Source: Salpingoeca rosetta (lineage: Eukaryota > Protista > Choanoflagellata). From it: a stretch of DNA of 64,000 nt. Positions within the stretch are counted from its first letter, which is position 1. Each line of letters starts with the position of its first letter. The notes beneath the pieces were generated by a model. It saw nothing but the letters and a program-made list of their open reading frames with translations. It was not told where the DNA came from and made no database searches. This document shows, one piece after another, positions 36,724 through 48,981 of the stretch. Location: assembly GCA_033442325.1 (NCBI GenBank), contig JAWQFM010000002.1, positions 1,401,387-1,465,386 of the forward strand, given 5' to 3'. A program made the position numbers and the translations under genes.

Positions 36724-37266
36724 AATTACACAGGAGCCTGAGCGTGATCCGGAGATTATTCGTGGCGCGGATGTGCACGTGGAGAAGAAGCCGTTCAAGT
36801 TCCTCAGCCTTCGCCGCGCAAAGAAGAAGGAACAGCAGGCCCACCCCATGGTTCGTCCGTCCCTCTCTGCCTTGCTTTCCTTCCTTGGTTGTGCGTGTGT
36901 ATGTATATAAGCATGTATGTATGTATGTATGTATGTATGTATATAAGCATGTATGTATGTATGTATGTATGTATGTATGTATGTATGTATGTATGTATGT
37001 ATGTATGTATGTATGTATGTATGTATGTTTTTATGTGTGTGTGATGCCAATCACGTGAAGTTCGCCCAACCCGCAACCATCACACCAGCATCCCCCCCCC
37101 CCTTCACGCATACACACCAATCATGCACACGCGCCTGCAGGTGGCTGCTGCTGCCAAGTCGTCCAAGATGCTGAAGAAGGAGCAGAAAGAGAAGGAGAAG
37201 CAAGAGAAAAAGGAGCGAAAGGAGCGAGAGAAGCAGGAGAAGAAGGAGAAGAAGAACAAGAAGTAG
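30080..37266 (+). CDS. Classical non-receptor protein tyrosine phosphatase, probably N-myristoylated, with repeat-containing, PE-rich and K/E-rich tail
   Basis: Motifs: [51 protein letters not shown] (WPD loop), [11 protein letters not shown] (P-loop) and LVQTLVQYQF (Q loop), spread over exons 31042-33494. Stop is TAG at 37264-37266. The 5' exons (30080-30113, 30391-30404, ~30547-30633, ~30793-30832) are inferred from phase compatibility. Confidence 0.9.
36899..37028. repeat. (TATG)n tetranucleotide tract in the last PTP intron
   Basis: Read directly from the sequence. Confidence 0.9.
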
Positions 37267-38274
37267 TCACAACCATCAAGTGGTGAAAGTGCCTGCCAGC
37301 CACCTCCGCTGTATCTGTCGGTACCTACTTTTGTACTTTGTGTATGTGTGTGTGTTTGCGTCCTTGTGGTTTTCGCCCTTCGCTATGTTTCTTCTTCTTG
37401 CCCCTCTGCTTTGTTACAACTGCTCACCTTGCTCATGTTGGAGGTTGGTAGTGTGTTTGTGTGTCGTTGTGTGTGACATGACGCTTTGTGCCTCCCATTG
37501 CCTGTCGTCATTTGGTTCTTAATTGCTGGTTTTCTTTTGTTTTTTGTTTGGTTGCTTTGCTTGTTGTTTGTTTTGTTTGGTCTGGTTCCCAATCACCCGC
37601 AAATATGACTTTGATGGCGGCATAACAGACGAGACGGGCGAGAGAACGCTCTGTACGAACGCACACACTCACACACACTCACACTCACACACACACACAC
37701 TCACTCACACACTCACTCACACCCACACTCACACCCACAGCACACACTCACACACACCCCAACACGCTTGAGTTTTGCGCGGCACAAGCACGCACGGAGG
37801 TTTGGTCAGGGTTTGACTGAATGGGCGTTTGCGTTCTGGTGGATAGTGGATTCTGAAGCAGCAACGAAGCGATTTTTCGTGCGAAACGTAGATTGTTTTG
37901 TGATGCATGCAAGCAAACTCAAACGCCAAAGCTTCAACCTAATGCGTTCCGACACACATGCCACCCACCACAACAACCGTTGCACTGCCAAGCACCACAC
38001 AACCGTTGCCGTGGACCGCCACCGCCACCACCACACCTTGCTTCTTGCTTCGCCTTCGCGCACCCGCTGCCGTGTGTGTGTGTTTGCCTTCATTTCGCGA
38101 CGACATCAACCACCACCCCATATCAACCCCCTTCACCATCACCATCATCATCATCATCATCACCAGCTCTTAATAATTATCCCCCACCTTGCTTGCCTGT
38201 TACCCCCCCCCCATCACACGCACACAGAGAGTCTTCTCTTCCACCACATACACCCGCACACCCACCAACCAGAC

Positions 38275-41200
38275 ATGCTGGCGATACCAACGCTGGTTGT
38301 CGCCGCCATGCTTGCAAGCATGAGCACGCCAACCACGGCGCAGCGGGCGTTCACCGACTTCCCGCGCCCGAGCTTCACCCCGCTCACCCCGTCATGCAAC
38401 CTGCTTCCAAACCGGCCCATCGCCCCCTTCATGGCGCCCCCGGAGCGCGAGGACGTGTGCTCGGACATCTCCTGCCCAAGCGCGCCGTCGCAGTGCTTCT
38501 ACGATTCAGAGTGCGTTGACGGCCTGTGCCTCGACTTTGTGGAGAAGCCCGCAGGCACGGCGTGCGACGACGGCGACGTGGAGACGAGCGGCGACATCTG
38601 CGACGGCGCAGGCCGCTGCGTGGGCGCAAAGCTCAGATGCCCCGCCGACCAAGTCATCGCCGCCAAGCCCGGCCGCACCTCGGTCAGCGCCTTTTGGATC
38701 GCGCCCACCCCGCGCTATGGCGACGCCGCCTTCAGCGTGTCCTCCACGCACGTCCCTGGCGACCGCTTCTCGCTCGGTCAGACGGAGGTGCAGTACACGG
38801 CCACCGCCACGGGTGTCTTTGGCAGCATCGAGATTCAGTGCATCTTCTTCATCACGGTGGAGGCCTCGTGCGACGAGGCGTGCTGTGACCGCGCAGACGG
38901 CCTGTACACGCGCCCAACGCCGGCCCCACGCGACCTCTTCCCGCCCGCGCTGGATGCGTTTGAGTCCCTCTTCCAGCCAGAGGGCACCTACGAGTGCCGC
39001 TCGGAGGTGAGCATCTGCGACCAGCCCAACCGCTTCCTGCCGCCGCGCCCGCCACGCGCCTTCCCGCTGCCGCCCAAGTTCTTCCCGGAGGCCGTGGTGC
39101 CACGCCCGACTGTCACCAACCCGCCCACTACCACCACAACCACAACCACCACCACCACAACCACCACCACCACGCGGCCGCCGTGCGGGTTCGAGGCTGT
39201 CGACGTCGGCTTTATTGTTGATGTCAGCGGCAGCGTCGGCGCAGCCAACTTTGCGCTCGTGCGCGACTTCATCGCCAGCACCGTGGACATGCTGCCCGTG
39301 GGCGAGAACACGGTCCGCGTCGCCCTCATGACATACCACTCCAGCAACATGCCGCAGTTTGACTTTGACGACAGCTTCGACCGTGCAACGGTCGTGTCCG
39401 CCATCAGCAGCCTTGTCTACGACGACTCGCGCCAGTACGGCACCGCCACGGGCTCCGCGCTCAACTTCTTCGCCGACAACATGCTGCAGGCGAGCGCGGG
39501 CTACCGCGGCGGTCCCGCCATCGTGTACGTCTTCACGGACGGCGCGTCGCAGGACGATGTCACCCCGGGCGCAGCCGCGCTCCAGGCAACCGGTGCGCAG
39601 GTCGTCACCATCGGCGTCACCGCCGCCGTCAACGAGGCCGAGCTGCAGGAGATTGCCTCGTCCCCGTCCGACGTGTTTATTGTCGCCGACTTCGACTCGC
39701 TCACAGACGAGGTGCGCGACGACCTCCTCAACGTCAACTGCTACTCCACCACCACCTCCGTCACCCCGACAACAGACCTCGGCGAGCTGCAGGAGTGCGT
39801 TGGCCGCACCACCTCTGTCACGGGCGACGCCTGCGACTGCCGCGATGTCATCAACGAGTGCCACACGTGCTCGTACAACAACGGCATTGTCGCAAACTCG
39901 TGCACCGTCTGCCGCAACGGCCTCTACCTCCACAATGGCGTCTGTGTTGCCGTCTGTCCCCTGGGCTTTGTTGGCGTTGGATCAGGTTGGTTCTTTGCCT
40001 TTGCCTTTGCCTTTGCCTTTGCCTTTGCCTTTGCTGATCTTGCCACATAATTGTTGCGTGTTTGTATGCGCGCAAGCACGTATCAACGCATGTGACGCAG
40101 CTTCCACACTTGCTTTGTCATTCATCCATGTATTCATCCACAAACACACACACGCACACACGTGCCATGCTGTTCCCCCCCCCCCAGGCAACTTCAACCG
40201 CTATTGTGCGCCGTCCAGCACCACCGGCACAGACACGCCGCTCACGGGCCCCACCTCCAACCCGGGCTTCGACGACGTGTGCATTGGCCGCACCACCCAG
40301 AACACGGCCGAGGCGTGCCGCTGCAACGACGACTGCCACACGTGCGCGTGGGGCGAGGGTGTCGCTGGCCCTTGCACCGTCTGCAAGAACGCCCGCTACC
40401 TGTTCGAAGGCGACTGCATCGTCACTTGCCCCGTCGGCTATGAGGGCGAGGGATCAGGTTCGTGGGGGCAGGCACGGATGTGCACGTGTTTTGCTTGCTT
40501 GTGCGTGCGTGCGTGCGTGCCATTGCCGATGGCGGGTATTTTTGTGTCGCTCATGTTGCTCCTTGTCGCATCCTCTCACGCGACAATCCCTTCCCTCTTT
40601 CCCTGCCTCATTCGCTCCGTCCAACCTGTCCCCGTTGTACTTTGGCGATACCAGGCAACTTCAACAGGTGAGCAGTAATGCCGTGCTGTGCCCTTTCTAG
40701 TGTTAAACGCGTGAACACGTCCCCCTTGACTGAACTTTTCATTTCCCTCCCTTTCCCTGCTTGCTGCGGGCTTGTCTGCAAGCGATCGACGTTTCATGCA
40801 CCTCGCACTCACGCGATACATCACACACACATGACACACGCACACGCTTGTGTACAAACTTGTGTAGGGAGTGTGTTGCTGCAACCACATCAACGGCATC
40901 CACGACATCCACGCCTGCCACAGCGCCGCCGCTGGGCGAGGAGTGCATTGGCCGGGAGACAACCGAGGGTGCTGCCTGCCGCTGCGCTGGCGACTGCTAT
41001 CGCTGCGAGTGGGATGCCGACCTCAACCAGCCGGGCTCTTGCAGCGTCTGCAAGAACGGCAAGTACCTGCTAGATGGCAACTGCGTCGATGCGTGCCCCA
41101 ACGGCTACTCTGGCGAAGGCACTGGCCTCTTTGGCCGGGAGTGCGTGGCCAACGTGGCAGAGACGTGTGCCGGCCGCACCACCACCATCACAGAGCAGGC

Positions 41201-41885
41201 GTGCGACTGTGGCGGCGACTGCCACACGTGCGACTGGGTGAACGGCGTGCCTGGCCAGTGCCGCCTGTGCAAGAACGGCGCCTACCTGCACAACTTTGAG
41301 TGCGTGGACACCTGCCCCGACGGCTTCGTTGGCTATGGCACCGGTCTCTTTGGCCTGCAGTGCGTTGCAGACGTGTCTGAGACGTGTGCCGGCCGCACCA
41401 CCACCGTCACAGAGGAGCCATGCGACTGCGGCGGCGACTGCCACACGTGCGACTGGGTCAGCGGTGAGGCTGGCCAATGCCGCCTGTGCAAGAATGGCGC
41501 GTACCTGCACAACTTTGAATGCGTTGACACCTGCCCCGACGGCTTTGTGGGCGAGGGCTCGGGCCTGTTTGGCCTGCAGTGCGTTGCCAACCGCCGCCGC
41601 TCCATCCTCGCCGCCTCTGCGCTGGGCCTCCTCTCCTCCAACCCGGACGAGTCAGCCACCTCGGACACCACTGCCATCGCGGTGGCCATTGCCGGCATCG
41701 GCCTTGTTGTCGGCGTCGTGGGCGTTGTCGCCGTGACGCTTGTACGCGTGTATGCGCGTGGCAGCGGCAGCAACCGTCTCCGTCGTCGCCGCTCCTCTGG
41801 CAAGGCGCAGGAGCCCACCGTGCTGCCCACACACGTCGGCGCAGCTACTGCCACGAACGCGCTTGACTCTATCACGACACAGTGA
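38275..41885 (+). CDS. Type I membrane protein: signal peptide, Cys-rich CDDG motif, HYR domain, Thr stalk, VWA domain, ~5 furin-like Cys repeats, TM helix
   Basis: Signal peptide MLAIPTLVVAAMLAS. HYR: CPADQ...W..P...PGDRFSLGQTEVQYTAT...C.F.ITV. VWA with intact MIDAS (DVSGS...T...TDG). Repeated CHTC..C..C.NG.YL..C...CP.G units. TM helix IAVAIAGIGLVVGVVGVVAVTLV. Exons: 38275-~39985, ~40189-40457, 40655-40667, ~40868-41885. Confidence 0.88.
41160..41590 (+). repeat. Two highly similar 219-nt (73-aa) furin-like repeat units
   Basis: gagacgtgtgccggccgcaccacc occurs at 41160 and 41379, and the peptide ETCAGRTTT...CDCGGDCHTCDWV...CRLCKNGAYLHNFECVDTCPDGFVG is repeated. Confidence 0.9.
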
Positions 41886-42775
41886 TGATCCTCTGACAGT
41901 CTGAGGTGCTGGGTGAGGTGGCGCCGCCATGCATGCATGCATGAAGGCACCAGTCATCACGGGTTCTCCCCATGCACAGCAGCGTCGCACTGTCATCCCA
42001 CCCACACCTCTTGTGTTTCCCTTTTTCTTTCTTTTTCCATGTTATGTTTGTTTGTCCAGTGCAGTGCCTCTTTGTTTGTGCATGTCCTTTCTTCCTTCTT
42101 CCCACATTGCTTACAACTACAACGTTGCACTACCCTTACCAGCTTACTCTTTCACCGTCCACCATCCCTCTCGTTCCGTTCCTACAGTCGCATCCATTCA
42201 AAAAAGGCTGCGCGTGTCCTGCACCCTCTGCTTCCTTCTGTCCTTTCCTCTCCTTCTTTCTCGTTCACACCCAAACACGATTCTTCCATCTCCACCCAAA
42301 GCAGCACTCGAGCGCCTGCATCTCCCCTTGACACGTGCGATGATCCTTCCTTCCATGTTTTGTCCAGTCTTGTTTTGTTCGTTTGTGTTTTTATGTGGAA
42401 GCAACCAGTGCTTGGTTGGTTGCGGTTCTGGTGGGTTTGCTCGTTCTGGTGGTGGTGGTTGCGTTGCCTCTTGTGTGATGTCTCCCCACTTTTGTCTCGC
42501 GCGGCGCACACGCGCGTGCACGCAAGCAAATGGGTGGAAACGCACACCACTCCACCCAAGTAAACTCAGCTGGCGCTCAACACTTTGAATGTGTGGGTGA
42601 AAGACGTGTGCTTGACATGATGGACGAGCAGGGATGGTGGTGTTCAATTGAGGGCGAAACACACACAAGACAGGCAAGACAGCGAAGGGGCCGCAACCCG
42701 AAACAAAACCAAAGCGGCATAGTCAGACGAACACGCGAAACGACGGCATGAGGGACACTTCAGAGACAAACAACC

Positions 42776-42818
<43 letters not shown>

Positions 42819-43012
42819 AAAGAGTGAGAAGGATGCCAGAGAACACGTGGAACAGCAGTACGTTCGTGTCACTGGCACGCGCGCGACATCGCACAAAACA
42901 CGGCTTGCACGCACAATTGACCGCAAACATGAACCCAACCAAATGCACACATTCGAACAACGCACACGCACGCAAGCATACAGGCACATAACACGCAAGC
43001 ATACAGGCACAT

Positions 43013-43063
<51 letters not shown>

Positions 43064-43112
43064 GCACGCACGAGCGTACGACAACTCACCAAAACCAACT
43101 CGGGTCGACAAC

Positions 43113-43471
43113 TCAGAGCGCGTTCTTTTGTTGCTTGTGTGCCTCGAGCGCCTTGAGGTATGCATCGACGGGTTCCGCACAGTTCTCAAAGTGGTTAACG
43201 CCTTCCTCCCGATGGCACTTGCGCACACGCTCCCGCAGAATCTTCAGCTTCTCCACACCAATCAAGCGCTGAGAAGCAAGACAATGACGATAAGGGGGTG
43301 TGCCAACCGCAGCAAACAATTTATCGGTGAGCGCACGCGTTGGCGGTGATGCATTCATTCATCATGATGATGCAGTCACACGCGTATTCACGAGTCGATG
43401 AGCTCACACGTGCATGTGTGTGTGTGTGTTTGTGTGAACGTGCATGCAGAAGAAACATGCGTACAAGAGCT

Positions 43472-43542
<71 letters not shown>

Positions 43543-43695
43543 ACGCTTGCTGCACCTTCCCCCCTCCCTCCTTCTCGTTTACATCCCCAAGGGGGTTATC
43601 CTTCCTTTCTGTGGTCTCACCTGGGCCGCCTCTTGTCCCCTCGCCTTGAACAGCTCGCCTGGCTGCTTGTCCTCGGGAAACCCGCCACCAGACAT
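43113..43695 (-). CDS. NDUFB10: Mitochondrial complex I accessory subunit NDUFB10 (PDSW)
   Basis: Two exons (43621-43695, 43113-43268) give MSGGGFPEDKQPGELFKARGQEAAQRLIGVEKLKILRERVRKCHREEGVNHFENC..., which carries the family signature LRE.V..C.R.EGVNH...C. Confidence 0.88.
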
Positions 43696-44131
43696 TGTGA
43701 TGCTGCTCTGTCGCTCTGCGCTTGCGTGTGAGGTGTGTGTGGGAGGGTTTGTCAAACAAATGGCTGCCTTTCGTTGGCGTGCGATACGGAAAATTGTATG
43801 AAATTGCTAGCCACTTTTCGCCAATCCAAGGCACAGCCAAACCAGCCACACAGCTACTGTACCTCTCTCTCTCTCTCTCTCTCTCTCCTCCAAGAAGAGG
43901 TGTTGAGGTTGCGCTGCATATTCTCCAACGAGCATCGTTTACAACCTTGTGTGTGTGTACTGAGCAATGCAACATCTAGCTCAAGAAAACAAGCAACGCC
44001 AACGAGCAAGACCACATGAAACCCCCCCCCAGCAGCACGCCTATCTCACAGCACACACAGACACACACACAGACACACACAGACACACACAGACACACAC
44101 AGACACACGCACACGTGTGCGCTCGCCTGTC

Positions 44132-45591
44132 CTAGCGCCCGCCCTTGCCCGATCGCCCCCTTCCCCGGCCTCGCTTACCACCACCACGGCCACCACCACG
44201 GCCACCTCCACGGCCACCTCCACGACCACCACCACGGCCACCACCACGACCACCTCCACGGCCGCCACCGCGTCCATGTCTGTGCTTGCCGCGATTCGAC
44301 CTCGACTTGGAGGACGACGAAGATCGCTTCTTGAACTCAATGGTAGTCGTCGTGTCATCACGTGGGAGATGGCGGGTGTCATCCTCCTCATCGTCGTCAT
44401 TGTCACCGGCGCTGGACTTTGACGTCTTTGCCGCAGCATCGCTGCCTGTCTTGGATCTCTTCCGCTGTGGCCGCCCGTCATCATCTGTCAGCGCGTCAAT
44501 GCTCGGCGGGCCTTCCGTCAGCTCCATCGTTGCCACATTCACCGACACCTTCTTCTCCTCTGTGTCAAAGCGATGGGTATCCGTGTTGGTCGCCACCCAC
44601 TCGGGCTTGGCTGTGTTGTTTTGAACACGAGTGAGTGTGTGTGTGTGTGTGTGAATGTGTGTGGATGTGTGTGAATGTGTGTGAATGTGTGAGAGAGAGT
44701 GAGCAAGTGAGCAAGCGAGCAAGTGGGCAAGTGAACGAGGGAGGGATGGATGTGAACGAAAGAAAGTAGTGCGGAACGAAACAAGGGTGTTTGCAGGAGA
44801 CGCCAGAGGCCTGTAAAGAACACGTGCGCGTGTCTGGTGGGGGACACTAAGCAAAGGCGATTCTCACAATGTCGCTGACATGGTTCTACAAGCGCTTACA
44901 AAGGATCTCGGGGATGCTGGTGAGTTTGCTGAGACGCTTTCGCAGTGCCTCACGTTTCTACACACACAACAGCATCGCACGCACACGTGATGAGGTGGCC
45001 GGGTGGATGAGGGACATGCAGCACACAAAGCAGGGTATACAAAGCAACCGCAGGATTCGAGATCGCCAGGACATCAAAGCACACACAGAAACACACACAG
45101 AAACACACACAGAAACACACACATAACACATATACACACACACACAGAAACACACATACACACATGCACATGCATGACATTGCGCGGCATATATGTCATA
45201 CGTGTTGCTTCTCTTCACGTTTTGACTCCTTCGCCTGGAGCTCGGCAGCCTCTTGCGCCTTTCTCTGTCTCTCCTTCTTCCGCCGGCTGAACCCTGTCAG
45301 GTAATCGCTGCAACGCGCACGTGGCCAGACATGAGCCATGCAACCCAGATACCACACTTCCTTCCCACATCGCACACGCTCACAGAAGTTCCCACATCAT
45401 CCAAGCACACCCAATGTCCCACGTCATCCAAGCATACCCAAGTTCACAAAGCCCAGGCAAGAAGATCGAGCCCAAAGGCACGTTACTCACTGTCTGTCAT
45501 CCTCGTCAAACTGCACGACCAGCTTGGTCTTGCGGTTGATGCGCACCGTGCGCCCAAACGCGTTGCGCTTTCCTCCTCGCCGTCCGCTCAT
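44132..45591 (-). CDS. NOL12: Nucleolar protein 12 / Rrp17 (Nop25 family) with C-terminal RGG/GAR tail
   Basis: Exon 1 is MSGRRGGKR...LVVQFDEDDR. Exon 2 (~45213-45308) has YLTGFSRRKKERQRKAQE, matching the FDxxxRxxYLTGFxxRKxER signature. The last exon (44132-44610) ends in (GRGG)n. Confidence 0.85.
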
Positions 45592-45857
45592 CGTCGCACT
45601 CGTGCTGCTGAAAAATGGTGCAAATCGCCCACAAATCCTCACAACTTGCCAGAGTCTGGTGGTGGAGTGGTGCTTGCTCACATCATCAGCACCGCCTTTT
45701 GCTGCCTTGCTTGTGGTCACATCAACACATTCGACGAAGAAGATGTCCAAGGTGACAGTGCGCTGGTAAGGGTGCTCGCAACCCTGCGTATTTGCTGCGC
45801 TCAACTGCACGAGTCTTCTTGCTTGCTGTTGACACGCCCTCGTGCTTTGATGCCACG

Positions 45858-45923
<66 letters not shown>

Positions 45924-46125
45924 TATGCACACATACTCACACACACTCACGTACCCTCACACACTCACTCACTAACTCATTCTCACACCCACACACTCAC
46001 ACTTCCTCACACACACACACACACCAGCACGGATGTTCGGGCCGAAAGTGTGAGGTCTATTCGAGGCATTCGAACAGCGCAGGTAGGACCCTCGTGAGGC
46101 TGTCGGGCAGCATCATGCATGGACT

Positions 46126-48009
46126 TTGCTGTCCTTCTACACTACACTTCGCTGCCCTTTCACACCACTCTTGTGCTCCTCTCACTCATCTGCGATGCAC
46201 GCTTCCCGACCCCCTGTTTTCCAGACGCTGCACCTGTATGCGTGTGTCATCCATCCCTGCTTCATCAACAGCCTTGGGCGTGCACTTCAAGATCCAGAGC
46301 GCGACCTGGATGAGCTCCTCCTGTGCGATTGCGACTTTGCCGACAACGCCTTCCCCGAGCTTCTCAAAGCCCTCGATCGCGTGAGGCACCATAACCCACT
46401 AAAATTTCTTCTCTTGGAATACAGTGGCATCCACTCTCCCGGCCCCTTTACGGCACACGAGCTCACGTGCCTCCTCCACAGCGTGCAGCGGCTCCGCCTC
46501 TCTGGAGGCAGTCTCCTGGCCAGAGACCTCCGTGCCATCGGCGCCCCAACACCACCAGCCACCGACCCAACACAGCCCTCGCCCTCGTCGCAATCACGGT
46601 CGCCGTTCGCAGCCGTGCTGCAAGACCTCGCCCTCGACAACATTCGCCTGGTTGACGATGAAAGCGACACGGACACCGCAGATGACACCCACCCTGACGC
46701 AGACCACCAACACCAACGCGGTCGTCCGCACAACCTAGCCAGCATAGCGAGTGCAATTGCCCATCACCAGCACCAGCAGCAACACGGCATCTCAGGCGAT
46801 GACGCTCACACATCACGCGCACCTGCATCACAAGCTCCACTGTCATCATCACCAGCATCAACCGCGCCCACCAGGTGCGCTGCAGCTGCACTGGGCGATG
46901 CGCTGCTCGCTGTCTGCCCGCATATCCACCGCCTCGATTTACAATACACGCGACTCAGCACCAACGGCGCACAGCGGCTGCTGGCGCGTGTGTGCAGGCT
47001 GGCCCGTCTCACCCACCTCACCATCAACTGGTGCGACGTACCCGGGCAGGCAGCGTGCCGTGGCCTCTTCAACCCCGAGGCGCCGGCGCCACCACAGCTG
47101 CAGCTGCTGAGTGTAGACGTCACCTCGTGGCCGCGCGAATGCTGCAGCAACGTTACAGCGTGGCTCGCCCGGGGTCACCCCTGCCTCCAGCACTTGTCCA
47201 TCCACCGTGAGGACGTCGTGTTGCGTCCAGAGGGCCGCGAGCATCGGCACGAGTGGTACACCTCCATTGCGCGCGCATCCCTGCAGTGCCCGCACATGTC
47301 CGCCCTGCAGCTGCCAACGTGGAACGACGACGCGACTGAAGACGTTGCCGAGGCGCTCGTTGCGGTGGTCCAGAGCGACACAGTCCGCGCCGGGCGTGTT
47401 GCTGCGCATCGCGTCGCCATGACGGGTCGGCTGTCACGCATGGACGCGGAGGTGATTGCAGAGTACCTTCCCATCTTGCACTGCATGTGTACGCGCGATG
47501 ATGCAGTCGCATGCACGAAGGACGGGCTGCTGCGTCTGCTGCGTGGGCTGCCGGAGTGGCGGGTGCTGGTTGGCCTCGGCGCTGCCCAGATCGTTCCCCA
47601 GCACGTCGCACAAGCCATGCTGCCACCAAACATGTGCTCGCCGCCGTGGGTGTGGCAGCGGCTGCAGCGCTTTGATGCAACCGCACCAGTAGCTGTAACC
47701 ACAACGACCAATACGGAGACAGGGATGGAGACAACCACGGTGACTGCAGAAACATCAGATACCAGGGGAGGAGCAGGAGATGAGCACACAACGACTGCGA
47801 CAACGCGGCAACGATTGGGCAGCTTGAGGGTCACAAGTCAACGACAGCACGTGCCCACTCTACAACAAATGTGCTGCCTTGCACTGCGATGCCAAATCAT
47901 GCAGTCTGAGGCGGACATTGTGTCCGCATTACCGAAGCTTCCCTTCCTCAACCTCCCATCGGCTCGTGTCGATTTTTTCTTCGGCATTGACATCCAACCC
48001 ATCTTGTAA
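46126..48009 (+). CDS. Leucine-rich-repeat (RI-like) protein with a C-terminal SOCS-box-like motif; 5' exons uncertain
   Basis: A 627-aa ORF with LxxLxL-type units (LDELLLCDCDF, LKFLLLEYSGI, VQRLRLSGGSL, LQDLALDNIRL, IHRLDLQYTRL, LTHLTINWCDV, LQLLSVD, LQHLSIH). C-terminus is VPTLQQMCCLALR...LPKLPFLNLP. Likely splice acceptor at 46224. Confidence 0.65.
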   Translation: MLSFYTTLRCPFTPLLCSSHSSAMHASRPPVFQTLHLYACVIHPCFINSLGRALQDPERDLDELLLCDCDFADNAFPELLKALDRVRHHNPLKFLLLEYSGIHSPGPFTAHELTCLLHSVQRLRLSGGSLLARDLRAIGAPTPPATDPTQPSPSSQSRSPFAAVLQDLALDNIRLVDDESDTDTADDTHPDADHQHQRGRPHNLASIASAIAHHQHQQQHGISGDDAHTSRAPASQAPLSSSPASTAPTRCAAAALGDALLAVCPHIHRLDLQYTRLSTNGAQRLLARVCRLARLTHLTINWCDVPGQAACRGLFNPEAPAPPQLQLLSVDVTSWPRECCSNVTAWLARGHPCLQHLSIHREDVVLRPEGREHRHEWYTSIARASLQCPHMSALQLPTWNDDATEDVAEALVAVVQSDTVRAGRVAAHRVAMTGRLSRMDAEVIAEYLPILHCMCTRDDAVACTKDGLLRLLRGLPEWRVLVGLGAAQIVPQHVAQAMLPPNMCSPPWVWQRLQRFDATAPVAVTTTTNTETGMETTTVTAETSDTRGGAGDEHTTTATTRQRLGSLRVTSQRQHVPTLQQMCCLALRCQIMQSEADIVSALPKLPFLNLPSARVDFFFGIDIQPIL

Positions 48010-48025
48010 CAACATCTTTCGCGTG

Positions 48026-48064
<39 letters not shown>

Positions 48065-48082
48065 TGTGTGTGTGTGTGTGTA

Positions 48083-48182
48083 NNNNNNNNNNNNNNNNNN
48101 NNNNNNNNNNNNNNNNNNNNNNNNNNNNNNNNNNNNNNNNNNNNNNNNNNNNNNNNNNNNNNNNNNNNNNNNNNNNNNNNNN
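48083..48182. other. Assembly gap (100 N)
   Basis: N run between (TG)n and (CA)n. Confidence 1.
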
Positions 48183-48256
48183 ACACACACACACACACAC
48201 ACACACACTTTCCTTGACGGGAAGAGAAGTGGTGGTGGTGTGGTGGTGGGAGCGGG

Positions 48257-48950
48257 CTAGTTGAGGCGGTCGTAGAAGTGCGGGTTCTCTGCCGACGTGG
48301 GGGCGCGCATGTGTGTGCCCTCGAGCGAGTTGTATGTCTGCTCGCTCCTGTTGAGCTCCTTGTAGATGCCGCCCGCCGTGCTGTGGAACGTCGTCTGCTG
48401 CGTGCTGTGGTCCAGGCTGCTGTACACCTGCTCCGGTCCGCCCTCGTGCTGCAGGTGCGAGTACACGGGCTGCCCACCGCCCCGCTGCTGCTGCTGTTGC
48501 TGGTGGCGGCGAGCCGGCGCGGTTGTCCGCGTGGTCTGGTCCAGGCTGTCGTATGTCGTGTCCTGTGCGCTGTAGTTGGCACGCGCGTACTCGGCGTGGT
48601 TGGCGCCGTCTGTGTCAAAGTAGTCGTCGGGCTGCTGCCTGGCCGGGTCCGGCTGCACATACTGCGGCTGCTGCTGCAGGTCTGTTGGCTGCGCGTAGTC
48701 TGGGGCGGGGTGCATCCCTGGCTGCTCATACCCGGACGATGCTGAGGACGGCGTTGCCGGCAGTGGGCGCGGCAGTGACGATCCGCTCGTCGACTTCTGC
48801 ACAGCAAACGAGGGAGAGAGGAGGGGAGAAGAGAGTAACGTGGGTCAACGCGTGCATGGCGGAATGTGTGTCTGTGTGTGTGTGTGTGTGTGTCTGTCTG
48901 TGTGTGTCTGTGTGTGTGTGTGTGTCTGTCTGTCTGTCTGTCTGTGTGTG

Positions 48951-48981
<31 letters not shown>

